From: Eledone cirrhosa
Lineage: Eukaryota
Reading direction: 5' to 3'
Assembly (NCBI GenBank): GCA_964016885.1
Contig: OZ024743.1
Coordinates: forward strand, 305,040,001-305,104,000
Length of the DNA stretch: 64,000 nt
Shown here: positions 12,382-25,770 of the stretch, piece by piece
Numbering within the stretch: the stretch's first letter is position 1
Layout: each line of letters starts with the position of its first letter
Notes under the pieces: model-generated
The model's input: only the letters and a program-made list of their open reading frames with translations
What the model was told of the DNA's origin: nothing
Database searches by the model: none
Program-made: the position numbers and the translations under genes

Positions 12382-12562
12382 TGGTGAATTGGCAGTATCG
12401 GAAGAGGGTTGGACGCCATGCTTCTAGCATAGTTACGTCCCTTTACAGTATGAGTTCAAATCCCGCCGAGGTTAACTTTGCCTTTCATCCTTACAGAGTC
12501 GATAAAATAAAGTACCAGTAATGTACTGAGTAATTGCTGGCCTTGTTCCTAAGGTAGAAACA
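12382..12562 (+). mobile_element. SINE family A copy with ATTATTGTT TSD
   Basis: Full head and core; ATTATTGTT on both flanks. Confidence 0.85.
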
Positions 12563-13214
12563 ATTATTGTTCCAATCAGTCCACAAACACCCAGCAAACA
12601 CCCAAAACCGAACGCCAACCTACACTCATCACTCCTGCCAAACTCATCTTCTAAATTCGACAGACCACCCACATTCCCAAACTCTGCATATGTACCTAGG
12701 GAAGAGAGACATTATGTAATATTCAACAAATTTTAACATTAATGTTTCTCTGTTACAACAGTTTGTTTCCATACTAGCATAGGTTGTATTGATCTACAAC
12801 ACATCTTTCCATACCTCTTAATTCTCTATCAATTATCTATCATGTAATGTTTGTTAACTTTTCTACCTTGCTTCTACTCAACTTTTCTGTTGTTTTTACA
12901 CTCAGTGTGTATCATCTATTCCAATCATGTCCAAACTAGTGTTGATGCCTAAACAATTTACTTGACCATAACTTCAATATTTAATCAATTTACTTGTTCA
13001 AATAATTTTCTCACAGTTGATATAGTTGTTTTGTTCAGGTCAGCTTTGATCACATATACTTAAGATTAAAGACTGTGACCATCCACTCTTCTTTTTAGAT
13101 ATAATAGATCTAGATTTATTATATTTTCCATGACAAAGCAGGATTTGGGGATGATTTGGTTACCAATTCTTTCTGGTTTAGCAACACTGTAGTGGCTCCC
13201 TGTGTTAAGGGGTA

Positions 13215-13600
13215 AGGGTTGCTTAGTGGTAAGGGTTGGATATATGATCATTATGTTGAGGGGTGAATTCTCAGATTAGGCTATGCGTTGTGTTCTTGAG
13301 TCAAACACTTCAATTCACACTGTTCCAGTATACTCAGCTGAAAATGAGTGCCAGCAATAGCAGGAGGTTTAATCCTGCAATGGACAGAGACCTGGTTCAG
13401 GGAAGTGTCCTGTACATTCAGTTGCTTCATGCCACAAAAGCTGGGGTAAGCACCAGCCTAATGAGCCTCTGGCCTTGAGACTTTAACCTTACAATGGACT
13501 GGCATCCTGTTCGGGAGGAAGTCTTGTACTCTGTTGCTTAACGCCATGTAAATAGGGATAAGCACCGGATTGATGAGCTTCCAGGCTCAAAATACTTTAG
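13215..13600 (+). mobile_element. Second SINE family (B) with duplicated 3' half; another fragment at about 44360-44510
   Basis: GTTGTGTTCTTGAG...ACTCAGCTG..AATGAGT..CC and two copies of CAATGGAC...GCTT.A.GCCA...TAAGCACC.G, a widespread metazoan SINE core type. Confidence 0.65.
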
Positions 13601-13945
13601 ACTCTTTTAGAAGCTTCCTTCTAATTTTATGCAATCATCTGCAGATTCTATAACTGGCTTTTTGTCAACAGTCTTTGCAAGTTACTTTGGCAGTTTTGGT
13701 AGAAGGTCGGACGCCATGCTTTGCAGCATAAAATTACACCCCTTTACGGGCAAGAAATAGCTGCCAAATTTAAGGAGGGAGATATAGGATAATGTAGTCC
13801 CATATCCATTATGGCTTAAAGGTAGATGATTTAGTCAGGCCTTGAATGTTTTTGACCAGATACTGGCCTGCTAAATAACAAAAGCAAAAACAATTCTTCA
13901 TTTTGTACATTACAAGAACTCTTTCAACTGTCAGAAATAATTAAT

Positions 13946-14318
13946 TGTTTCTACTTTTGGCACAAGGCCAGCAATAACCCAGTACATTACTGGTACTTTA
14001 TTTTATTGACCCTGTAAGGATGAAAGACAAAGTTAACTTCGGCAGGATTTGAACTCAGAATGGCGAGGGCCGTAACTCTATGTGTCAAAGCATGGCGTCC
14101 GACTCTCTACCGATACTGCCATTCCACCGCCATCAGAAATAATTAATTGTTTCTATTTTAGACACAAGGCCAGCAATTACCCAGTACATTACTGGTACTT
14201 TATTTTATCGACCCCGTAAGGATGAAAAGCAAAGTTAACCTCGGCGGGATTTGAACTCAGATCGTAAAGGGACGTAACTATGCTGGAAAGCATGTCCGAT
14301 ACTGCCAAATCACTGCCA
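13946..14318 (-). mobile_element. Two head-to-tail SINE family A copies sharing one target site
   Basis: TCAGAAATAATTAAT occurs at 13931, 14133 and 14319, bracketing the two copies. Confidence 0.9.
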
Positions 14319-14354
14319 TCAGAAATAATTAATGAGAGAATAGTTTATACTTAC

Positions 14355-14488
14355 ATAGCAGGCTGGCTGATCTTCTTTATTATTATTGGCACAAAATGTG
14401 TTATTCACTAGATGTGGATAATATTTCTTGCAGTATGAATTATCAATCACATAAACCTTTGTCTCTTGTAAAATATTTTGATATGTAC
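14355..14488 (-). CDS. Protease-domain exon
   Basis: AG/GT bounded, phase 1 to 0: (G)TYQNILQETKVYVIDNSYCKKYYPHLVNNTFCANNNKEDQPACY. Confidence 0.95.
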
Positions 14489-15810
14489 CTGAGTTGAAAA
14501 TTAAAGAAAAAATGGAGAAAATCAACAAAATAAGAATTATCATGACATTTCAAATTCGATTGTTTTATTCAGCAGAAAAAGAACTTTAAAGAAAAAGAAC
14601 TTTAAAGAAAAAGTATTCTATAAAATTCAAATGCTGCAAAATAAATTCTATAATCAATGATTCTCATATTTTGATTGTATTTGCATACATTCTGTTCTAC
14701 AGAATTTTTTCTCAGCTTGATAATATCTCACATCATTCATGCAGAATATACTCACCTCATTTCATTCTAGCCTTCACAGATCTTCTGCAGTCAAAGTTCA
14801 TGTCTTACTGCTATGCAGCATTGCAGGTTGCACACAGGTATCATACACTCTACCCTTCACTCTAAACTAGAAAGTCCTTTGTTGTCAGCACAGATACTAA
14901 TTCCTTTAACTTCTTCCAACCCATACTTACCCAGGTTAACACACTTTCAGATCAACCTCTCCAACTACAGATTAGTTTACCTAGGTAATATAATCTGCCA
15001 ACAACTTCTAGGGAGACTCCAGGCAATTCAGTGAATCTATCTCATGTGTGCTGTAAGTGCTTATATCCCTGGTGTATCGGCTGTGTGTGCATCTGTGTGT
15101 ATTTCCTACTATAGAAGCTACATGGAACCTAACCATACCAACCTGTAGCCATAGTATTCTATTTATTAAATCAACATTCTTTAAAAAAAAGACACAATTC
15201 ACACTTCAGAAAAAGCTATTAGGCATTTAGCTAGTAGACTAAATTATTGGATTGTCTTAATTAGGAAATACTTCTTTTAATCAAAAAGTTCTTAGCATAA
15301 TCCATTTTATTTTATTAAACTTATACAGCTACACCTGAAATCAAGCTTATGCCCCTCTCCTCAGCTGTGACATCCCTAACCAACATTTCCTTTATGCACA
15401 CATCATTATTATCATCATCACTGTTTCATGTCCATTTTGCATGCTGGCATAGTCTGCAATTAGACAGATAAGATGAACATATCCTGGCATGGTTTCTAGG
15501 ACTGAATGCTCTTGTTTATGTAAACCATTTGATAGCATGTACTGGGTTTATTTGATTGTGATACCAGCACTAGGACAAATGTTTTGTCTTCCACCATGTA
15601 GAGGATAGTAATATTGGAGGAGGGTACAAGAGCATGATGAAAGTGGTACTAGGTGGGACAGAAAATGATGGCTGAGAGAGTCATCAGAAAAAGTGGGAAA
15701 GAGAAAGGTTAATAACAAGTGTTGAGTAGTTAAGGTGGCCTAGATTTGAGGGTAGGATGACTGGTAACTCAGAGTAGTGGATGGGGAAGGAGATTAGATT
15801 CATAAATAAT

Positions 15811-15998
15811 TGTTTCTACTTTTGGCACAAGGCCAGCAATTACCCTGTGCATTACTGGTACTTTATTTTATCGACCCCGTAAAGATGAAAAGCAAAGTTA
15901 ACCTCAGCGGGATTTGAACACAGAATAGCAAGGGCCGTAACTCTATGCATCAAAGCATGGCGTCCGACCTTCTACCGACACTGCCAATCCACCACCTT
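15811..15998 (-). mobile_element. SINE family A copy
   Basis: Full reverse-complement copy with TAAATAAT on both flanks. Confidence 0.85.
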
Positions 15999-16982
15999 TA
16001 AATAATGTCGGCAATGAGTTATAGTGAGTAAAAGCAGAGATGGGTAGAGTGATTTAGATAGTAAAGAGGAAAATTAAGAGAATGAGAAAAATCAGATTAA
16101 GGTAGGATGGGGAGACAAATGGATCATCAAAAGGGCAGGTTATAGAGCATATTTGTGAGGGGCCTAAAGTTAGGTATATCTCTTAACCTCTACACTACCA
16201 TCCTCCCTATACTTGTGTCATCCTGCTCACAGTAAAGGGCAGGTTTTCTCTAGCTTTTGTTACCTCCATTGTAAGGTTCAGCTTAGTGAGGTCAGCTCAT
16301 GTTTTCTTAGTTCTTTCATTTTCACAGATTCCATCAACTTTGAGTGCCCTGCATTTCTTTATGTGATCTACTCTAATGTACACTGCATCTCATCCCCCTC
16401 ATACCTAGTTTTTCTCTTAGTCCAGTAATGTTTTATTGTTCATGTACTAAGACTTACTCACTTTGTATGGGCATCATACAATCTAGCTTTTAGATAGAGA
16501 AACCGTTTATAGCTACCAAGGTTGTAGATCCATGAATATTTTTCAACTAATTCTCACTCAATCCAGTGTATTTTCAGAACATCCATCTTCACTTTATAAA
16601 CTATACACTACTAAAGAGTCTTCCAAGAATTTAATAGAGCCTGTTACATCAATGTTCTTGCTGCTTACAAAGGATATATTTTGCCAAATTCTAGCTTCCA
16701 CTCGTATTTACATGCAATTCATTACTTGCTCATGGTATATTTTAGGTTTATTTGGCTGGAGGAATTGTATTTCAGTAGATATTTTTCCTTTGCTAATGAT
16801 TTAACTATGAAATAGGAATGGAAAATTGTTTCTTTTCATTAGTTGATTAAATATGTTGAGTTACTCTCATATATGTATTGAACACATATTCACATAGATT
16901 TCTGGAGATGTTTGTACCCTTAGATAGGCAAACAGGCTGATTGAAGAATTTATAGATAAACACATACAAAAACACACACACA

Positions 16983-16983
<1 letters not shown>

Positions 16984-17019
<36 letters not shown>

Positions 17020-17410
17020 TTCGTTTAATGTCCATCTTCCATGCTAGCATGGGTTAGATGGGAGTTGTCCCACTTGAGGCAAGGTTGGTTGGGTGACCGT
17101 ATTTCGCTCATATAGGACTATCTGGCAGGTCTTCTACGGCTGGATGCCCTTCCTAACATCAACCGCATTTACAGTGTGGAACTGGGAACTTTTAACCATG
17201 TTACCTACATGGCCACATTTCAGTGTGGACTGTGTGTTTTTTTGTTGTGACACCTACACGATCCCAATCTTATTATCTCATTTATTTGGATTGGATGTTG
17301 TGGTACCAACTTTACAGAGAGAGGGTGGTGTTGGTGGGAGTGGGAGGATAGGGTAGATGTAGTGGATTGGGGTGTATATTTGGTTAAGAGGTGCCTACTG
17401 ATTGTAGGCA
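16984..17410 (-). mobile_element. 3' end of RTE LINE with (GAT)n tail
   Basis: (CAT)n followed by sequence homologous to 39013-39390. Confidence 0.85.
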
Positions 17411-18160
17411 AAGCTCTGGAGTAAAAAGACTTTCTATTTAGCCATAATAAAATGAATATTATAACTCCACTTTGGCATATTACAACTCTACTTTTCTCTC
17501 ACCCGTCAATCACATACATATGTATATAGATATCTGTTTCTCTATTGTGATCCTGTCTCTCTTTGTACTCCTGAAGAAGGGCTTAAGACCAACATGTCAA
17601 AGTTTCTTTCTTCTTTCCAATATAAAACATGAAACTAATAAGACATTCTGTACCTCTGTTTGTTGTCTCCTTCAACTATATATATATATATATATATACA
17701 ATACATAAACAGAGAAAGCCTTAAGCGATACTCCGACCAATTCCATCTCACTCAACAAACATTAGGATATACTTAAGTATTATCCCAATTTAGTTGTTTG
17801 GGTGCTAACTAATCAGTATTTCGTGGATAGCTGGTTGTATTATTTTATATGAGACATTATTAAATAAATATCTCTTCCTTCCAGATGGCCGTTTCGTTAT
17901 AAGATTTCTACAAATTGGGATAAATAATTTTCAGGTTATGTAGAAACTTGTATATAATCCGTAGTTTTATATACAAGCGGGCCCTTATAAACTCATCAGT
18001 GGATGCCCAAATAAATATCGATATAAGAATTATATCGACATCAATATAATGGTTATGGTCTCCCTCAGCGCTAAGAAGAGACTGGTAGATTAAAATCCAG
18101 CAGTTCTCCCAAATAAAAATTACACGCTGTCATAAATATATGTACACACACACACACACA

Positions 18161-18233
<73 letters not shown>

Positions 18234-19819
18234 TGTGTGTGTGTGTATATATATATATGATTGACTCTCATCGTTTTCGACGTATGAGGGTCAAAATATT
18301 TTACTTTTCCTTTTCTCCACATTTTAGTTTTTGTGTCTTCTCTGTGAGACTAAATCTGCCCTGCTTTTGCACACCAGCTGCATCTTTCACACACAAATCT
18401 TTGAACAAAAACTACAATCCTTTCACTTTGCCTTGATTGCCTATATGCTCAATCCTTGTGTTGACATGGCTCCTGATATCTTTTGACAAATTTTCCTCCA
18501 CCTATAACGGTCAGCAGCATATTCCTCAAATACTGTTGGCTGTATTACAATGAGCTTAATATTCTTCTTCAGTTTATGCTTGTATTTAAGATGGGCTCTT
18601 CCTTCATTTTGCACTCCTGCTTAAAGTAAGCTGTTAGAATTTTAAGCACTTTTTCGTCATTCATCCTAGCAACATGACCAATCCATCATTCAGACTTTAT
18701 TAAGAAGGCCTCTGTGCTTTGTATATCACATTTATGAAATAACTGTTCATTAGAGACTTTATCCTTCCATATGAAATCACAGATATTTGTAAGACATCTC
18801 TTGTGGAAAGTATCTAGCTGTATATGTTTTCTATATGGTGCCCACAGTTCAGATTCATACAGCAATGTTGAGACAACTGCATGGTCAACTGAGATTTTGG
18901 TTTTCAAACTGAATCCTCCCTCATTCCATACTCTTGCTCACATATTTCCAAATGCAACAGTAGCCGTGCAATCCTATTCATTATTTCATGATCTAGAGCA
19001 CAGGTTCTCAACCCATTTAGGCCAAACACCCCCTTTTGTCCCTCGAAATCACGAAACGCCTCCTACCCTATTTTTCCATTTTTCAATATACTACTGATTT
19101 TGATAGTAGATTAGTAAAAAATTGATTAACAATATTCCAAAGATACCATTGCAGGCAGCTGAGAGTATAAATACATTCCTTGAAAGGAAATATATAAATT
19201 TCAAAAAAAAGAAAGTAAATGTTCTTTTTTATGAATAAGGACCAGTTGAATTTGTTATATTCCCACCAGGCGATACCAGCTATTTTGACCATTTATACAA
19301 GAGCAACTCTGTCTATCCCAAGAGTGCTCTTATCTGGAAGAAAGTGGCAATTATATCATTTCAAAGCTTTCCAATTTTCCCTTTAATGAAACGGACAGAA
19401 TAAATGTTGATATCTAACTTGATGTCCCCTCTTGTGAGCTTAGAGACCACAGAAGAGGCTTTTCATGACCACGCGGGAGGGTATATTTATTAGTAAATGG
19501 TAAAATATATACAACAAATGAGTTAGTGAATTATAGTAGATGGTTTCCCGTCCAGTCAGACTGCAACTACAAATAAAAAAAATTGTTAGTTTGCTTTGTA
19601 ACAATAGCATATCCAAGTTTTCGGATAAATCAACTTACTTTAACTTTGACCTCATTTCAATGGGACCCTTGAACTTTATGGAGTCTAGCTAACTCTTTGA
19701 CGTCAGGCTGGATTTTCTTAAGATGTAGACGGAGTTCTCCACGTGTAATTACATTGTAGCAGTTGCGAGCCTTACTGTGCAGTCTGGAAACAGCACCAAA
19801 CCTCCTCTTGACTAAGTAT

Positions 19820-22066
19820 CTATCCATCTAAGGTGGGTAAAATTCCCGAGATCCATGGACGAGTTCTCTCCAGCGGTCTCTGTCTCTCATTATTGCTGCC
19901 ATGTCCTGCATCTCCAACAGACCAGTGTCTGTCCTTAGGGCATCAACATACGTTAACCTTGGTTTTCCTCTTCTAGTGTGTCCATGTAGGGGCTCCCACA
20001 GGAGCACTGAGTGCAATGTCAACTCTGGATGTCAGTGAGCATGTCCAGCTAACCTCAGTCTCATCTGTGTGACTTTTGAGCTGACATTTGGTATGCTCCC
20101 ATACAGCTCTGAGTTTTTCATTCTCAGTGTATACTGATTAATGTTCAGAGCCATCCTCAGCATTCTCGTGTAGCACCCATCCACCAGTGAGTTTCTTGGT
20201 CAGTGTCCAAGTCTCAGACCCGTACAGCAGCACAGACTCCACTACAGCAATGAAGAGGCGGATTTTCAGGTCTTTACGAAGGTCCGACTTCCACACCGAT
20301 CTCAAGCTGTGGCATGCTGCCCAGGCTTTGCTCTTCCTCTCAACCACATCATATTCCGTATTCCCAATCTTTTCTCCCAAATACAGGAAGCCCTCAACCA
20401 ATTCTAGCGGCTTCCTGCCTACATTAGTGATCCCCTCTGGCTTCTCAACATTCTCTACCAGATATTTTGTTTTAGTCTCATTCATTCTCAGCCCCACACT
20501 CATCGACACAGTCTCAAACTCCCGCATCAAATTCTCTGCCTCCTTCACTGTATTTGTCACCAAAACTATGTTGTCGGCAAATTCAGCATCCGATACCTTT
20601 TTCGCCTTAACTCTCCTGCTCTGAGCCGGTGCTACAGTAAAGCCAGAGTCCTGGTGTTTCTCCAGTGCAAGGCGCATACAATAGTCTACTACGATGATAA
20701 AAAGGTAGGGAGCCAATGTATCTCTTTGGAGCACTCCAGACAGTATATCTCAAAGAACTCTGTCATCCCATTAGGTGTAATGACTTGGGCTTTGGTGTTG
20801 GTGTAGAGCAGTGATATCAGGTCCACTATCTTCTTGGGGATTCCATAAGCCTGTAAGATCTTCATCAGGCAGTTACGGTCCACAGAATCAAAGGCCTTCC
20901 TAAAGTCAATGAAAACCATGACCGCAGGAAGGCACTTTGCTCTAGCTCCCTCTAATATCCTCCTCAGCATCAGGATGTGACTGGTGGTTGATCTTCCCTC
21001 TCTGAAACCGTTCTGGTTGTCCCTGAGCTTCTTCTCCATCTCAGGCTGGATCCTGTTAAGGGTCTTTGCCACAAGTGACATCAGTGAGATCCCCCTGTAG
21101 TTGTTGGTGTTAGAGAGATCTCCCTTCTTTGGCACTGGGACGATGTTACTGATCCTCCACTGATTCGGGGCAACTCCTTTCTCCAGTGCCCGGTTACAGA
21201 ACCCCAGGATGATATCATCAAAATCACACCTCTTCATCACCTCTGATGCCACTCCATCTTCTCCATGAGCCTTGCCCTCCTTGATCCTCTTCTTGGCTCT
21301 CTGAAGCTCCTCTCTGGTGAAGGGTTCTGTCTCAATATTCAGTTCCTCTAACAGCCGCCTGATCTCCCCAGTGCTCAGGGCTGTGGAGGGTGACTCTCCT
21401 AGTAGGGTCCTAAAATGGTCTAGCCATTTCCTCTTCCTATCCTCGGAGCCCGTTCCCTGGATCTGATTCGAACACCTTCTCTTCCTCCCTGTGATCTCGT
21501 TGATGATCATCCAGCTCTCCTTACATCCGGATCTGTCAACCGTTCTCTCCACACTTCTGATCTTCTCTATCAGTGCCTCCTCTCTGGCCTCAATGTAAGC
21601 GGTACAGAGTTCTTCCCTCATCACCTCCACAGTCTCCATCCTCTCTTCCGTAGGATCAGCATAGAATTGGTCCTTGGCAGCTTTCAGGTGTCCTCTGGCT
21701 GCACACACTTTTGGGTTTGCAGAGTTGACATGCTTCCTTTTGTTCTTTTTCCTCTGCACCAGGGTTTCACTTGCTCCGCCACTGCATTGGTGAAGTGCCC
21801 GTACTGCCTCGTCACACTCTCCTCAGTCCATCCAATCTCTCTCTCCTCTGACTCTCCACACAGAGCACTGAACCTGTTTCTCACTTCCACTGTGAACCTC
21901 TCCTGTAGCTTATCATCTTCCTTGAAATCTCCCCAGTCATAGATTGCTCTCCGGGGCCGAGCCTTGCTCTTTATTAAGCTCACCCAGACCTCACTCATAA
22001 CAAGCCGGTGGTCACTACCCAGTGTACTGAAATAGTTGTATGGTTCTGTGTTCAGAACACTATTTC
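19820..22066 (-). mobile_element. 5'-truncated RTE-like LINE inserted in the hAT transposase
   Basis: RT motifs NYRGISLMS, QNGFREGRST, FIDFRKAFDSV, QRDTLAPYLF and LLYGSETW. 10-bp TSD GACTAAGTAT at 19810-19819 and 22067-22076. Confidence 0.92.
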
Positions 22067-22964
22067 GACTAAGTATGAGCTTGGAAAAGGCAGAGCAAAT
22101 CTCTTAGCCTCCGCATATAGGTGTGGAAATCGACGCTGAATTTCCTCTTGCATCAAAAAAAGGGGTTCCCCTATTTTGGGAAATCTAATTTTGATCATGT
22201 CATCTGCTTGAAGTTCAATGAATTCTTCCTGAAATATAACGTCCAAATCATCGACGTTAGCTATGAAGGGATCTGCTACCCACATTGGGATGTCCATCGG
22301 CAAAAGGTCGACAGACCATTCTCTCATGTTGTCATGTAGCGCACGGAGGTGAGCACTATAAATTTGGAGTTGGTCATCGCGTACAATGTTTTGAACTTTG
22401 GCGACACTAGGAAAATTATAGAATTCCCGTCAACAAAGATTCCTTTCGATGACATTTAATTTGGCCAGGAATATTTTCACAGCATTCCTTGCTTTAAGCA
22501 AGGTGATCTTCTTCCCCTGCAAAGCCAAAATGACGCTATTGCATTTGTCGATGATGTTGGTGAGGTAGGCGCAGTTTTGCCTCACATCGAGAGTTTTCTT
22601 ATACAGTTCTGTGTTGCGTCCTCACAGAAACTCAATGATAGAGTCGAACAGTTCAAAAAGTGAGTAAGGCACTTGCCCTATGAAAGCCACCTCACTTCAT
22701 TATGAAGGAACAACTTGACGAATTCTTCGTCATTATCTTGGCACAGTTGCCGGAAATTTCGTTCATTCAGGGAATGCGATTTGATGAAATTGATGACATC
22801 AATGGCCACCTGCAAGGACTCACTCAGCGGCTTGCTGAGTTTCTTCACAGCCAAGTGTTGTTGATGAATGACACAATGATATAGATTTTCTTTCTTCAGA
22901 AGAGTGATGAAACCCTTATGTTGGCCGACCATTGCTCTTGAGTCGTCCGTAGCACATGATACAA

Positions 22965-23240
22965 TGTATGTTGTATTTGGTCTTAGATGTATGTATTACC
23001 TCCTTATGTGTTGTATGTGGTCCTAGATGTATGTATTACCTGATTATGTGTTGTATGTGGTCCTAAATGTATGTATTACCTGCCTGTGGTCCTAGATGTA
23101 TGTATTACCTGATTATGTGTTGTATGTTGTCCTAGATGCGTGTATTACCTGCTTATGTGTTGTATGTGGTCCTAGATGTGTGTATTATCTGATTATGTGT
23201 GGTATGTGGACCTAGATGTGTGTGCTACCCGCTTCTGTGT
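22965..23240. repeat. 40-bp minisatellite (about 7 units) inside the hAT element
   Basis: Unit TTGTATGTGGTCCTAGATGTATGTATTACCTGATTATGTG with variants. Confidence 0.9.
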
Positions 23241-24059
23241 TTTTTTTGTTTGTTATTATTTGTAATATTATTTATACACTAGGGAATAAAATATATCTCC
23301 ATAGTGTTAACTCATTACGGTTGAGTCAATAATTTCATACATGAAATACATTGTTATTAGTGAAGGAAAGACAAGATTCTAACTGGCTGCGCTCAAAGTG
23401 TCCTTGACCCAGTTGACTGTGGGTTTTCCATTGTTAGGATCTCAATTGCCGGTTATATCTAGACACGCCTGCACACCTGCTCACAGCTGCGGTCAGACAA
23501 TAGTTATGCTGTCTGCATGCTCATTCAAATGCATTCACACTGGCTGTCTCAAAGACATACAAATATGGCTTATAAAACTTACCAAAGTAAAGAGCCTTCC
23601 AGTGCTCCCCAAAGCTCCAAACGCCCCACCTAACGCCCCCTTGCTCCCCAACCCCCCTCCCCATGAGTTCCGAAACGCCCCCGTTGAGAACCTTTGATCT
23701 AGAGAATCACTAGAATTAATTTTCCTAAGTATAGGAAGGACTCCACATACTTTAGAGGTGTGTTGTCCACAATTTCTGTCTTTTTCACATTTCTTGTTAG
23801 GTCAAATACTTTTGCTGCAGTGTAAAACCAGCTTATGACTTCTTGTGCTTCCCAGAAAGAATTAGCTACTAGAGCAGCAGCATCTGCAAACAAGAAGTCT
23901 AAAAGCATTTTTGTTCTAGTATGTTTAGATGATTGAACAGCCTACCTGTTGTTCTAAATTCAAACAAAACACCATCATTATAGTCGTTCACTGCATGTAC
24001 TAGTGTCAGAGAAAAGTAAATAGCAAATAAAACAGGGGCCATTACGCACCCCTGCTTTG

Positions 24060-25770
24060 TACAAACTTTTAAAAGAAAAGGATATGATGAGTAGGAGGTT
24101 TACGAATGTTCTGCGACAAGAAGATCAGAGACATGCAGTGTTCCGCATTGCAAGGCAGTGTGTGAGTGCAAATCAGGTTGTTGTTGGAGATAAGTGTGCC
24201 CGGAATGATGCCGGTTTACTTAGTGTCACGAATGATCAGAAAAAGAAGCCATGGAAATGTCATTATGAGAGACTGATGAATGTAGAGAACGAATGGGACA
24301 GAGATAAATTGGTGCAGCACTATTCTCATAAATTGCTATAAAGGTAAGGGGGATGCTCTAGAGAGGAGCAATTATAGGGGCATAAAGCTGATGGATCAGG
24401 TTATGAAAGTGGCAAAGAGAATATTAGTGCACCTGATTACAGAAAGGGTCAAATTATAGGAGATGCAGTTTGGTTTTGTGCCTCGGAAAAGTACAACAGA
24501 TGCCATCTTCTTAGTGAGGCAACTACAAGAGAGGTTCTTAGAGAATAATAAGCCACTATACTTAGCTTTTGTTGACCTAGAGAAAGCCTTTGATAGGGTA
24601 CCCCGATCTGTCATCTGGTGGTCCCTAAGGAACAAGGTGTAGAAGAATGGCTTGTGAGGACAGTGCAAGGTATGTACAGGGATTCTGTCAGTAAAGTGAG
24701 AATAGGAATGGAGTTTAGTGAGGAATTCCAGATACGAGTAGGTGTACATCAGGGTTCGGTCCTCAGCCTGCTCTTGTTCATTATAGTCCTCCAAGCCATA
24801 ACAGAGGAGTTTAAGACTGGCTGACCATGGAAACTTCTCTATGCTAATGATCTGGTTCTTATAGCAGAATCAGTAGAGGAGCTAGAGAATAAATTCTGGA
24901 TATGGAAACAGCAGTTGGAATCAAAAGGCCTGAGAGTGAACATAGCTAAAATAAAAGTGTTGATAAGTATAAAAGAGGACAATACTCTGATTCCATCGGG
25001 CAAATGGCCATGTTCGATATGTAGGAAAGGAACTGGCATAAATTCCACAAAATGTACGCAATGCAGATCATGGGTACACAAGAGATGTACTGGGATAGCA
25101 GGCAAACTAACAGGTAGGGAAAACTACGTATGCAGTAGATGTACAAGGAATGTTGACACTAGTAATCGCAGTGATAGGCACATTTTTCCAATGCAAGTGG
25201 GTTCTATAGAAGTGGTTGATAGCTTCCGGTACCTAGGTGATCAGATTAGCATGGGAGGGTGGTGTTCCGAGGCCATAGTATCTAGAATAAGGACGGGTTG
25301 GAAGAAGTTTATGGAGCTGCTTCCTCTGTTGACAAAGAAGGGTTTCTCCCTGCGTACGAAAGGACGGTTATATGATGCCTGCGTGAGATGCGCGATGCTG
25401 CATGGTAGTGAGACATGGGCAGCAACTGCAGAAGATATGCGATGGCTGGAGAGAAATGAAGCAAGTATGCCTCGTTGGATGTGCAATGCCAACGTGCATG
25501 AATGACCAAGCATAGACGAGTTGAGAAAGAAACTGGTTATAAGAGGGATAAGTTGTGGTGTGCAGGAGAGAAGGCTGTGATGGTATGGACATGTGATGTG
25601 CATGGAGGATGACCGCTGGGTAAAGAAGTGCCAAGAAATCCCAGTAGAAGGAAGACGCAGTAGAGGTAGACCATGAAACATAGGCAGAAGTGGTGAGAGC
25701 AGACCTCAGATCGCTGAAACCCAAGCAGGTAAAAGCGGACGTAAAATGATGATGATGAAGATGATGAAGC
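24060..25770 (+). mobile_element. 5'-truncated RTE LINE with Cys/His finger and (GAT)n tail
   Basis: FVDLEKAFDRVPR, GVHQGSVLS, GKWPCSICRKG...CTQCRSWVHKRC and MLHGSETW; many stops; GATGATGATGAAGATGATG tail. Confidence 0.9.

Larger units (their letters stand above)
18999..23696 (-). mobile_element. hAT (Charlie/Buster-type) DNA transposon, internally deleted and interrupted
   Basis: TIRs CACAGGTTCTCAAC / GTTGAGAACCTTTG and 8-bp TSD ATCTAGAG (18991-18998, 23697-23704). Transposase motifs HCVIHQQHLA, HNEVRWLS and FPSSYLV, with the C-terminus RGELRLHL...QGSH* at 19657-19810. Confidence 0.93.
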
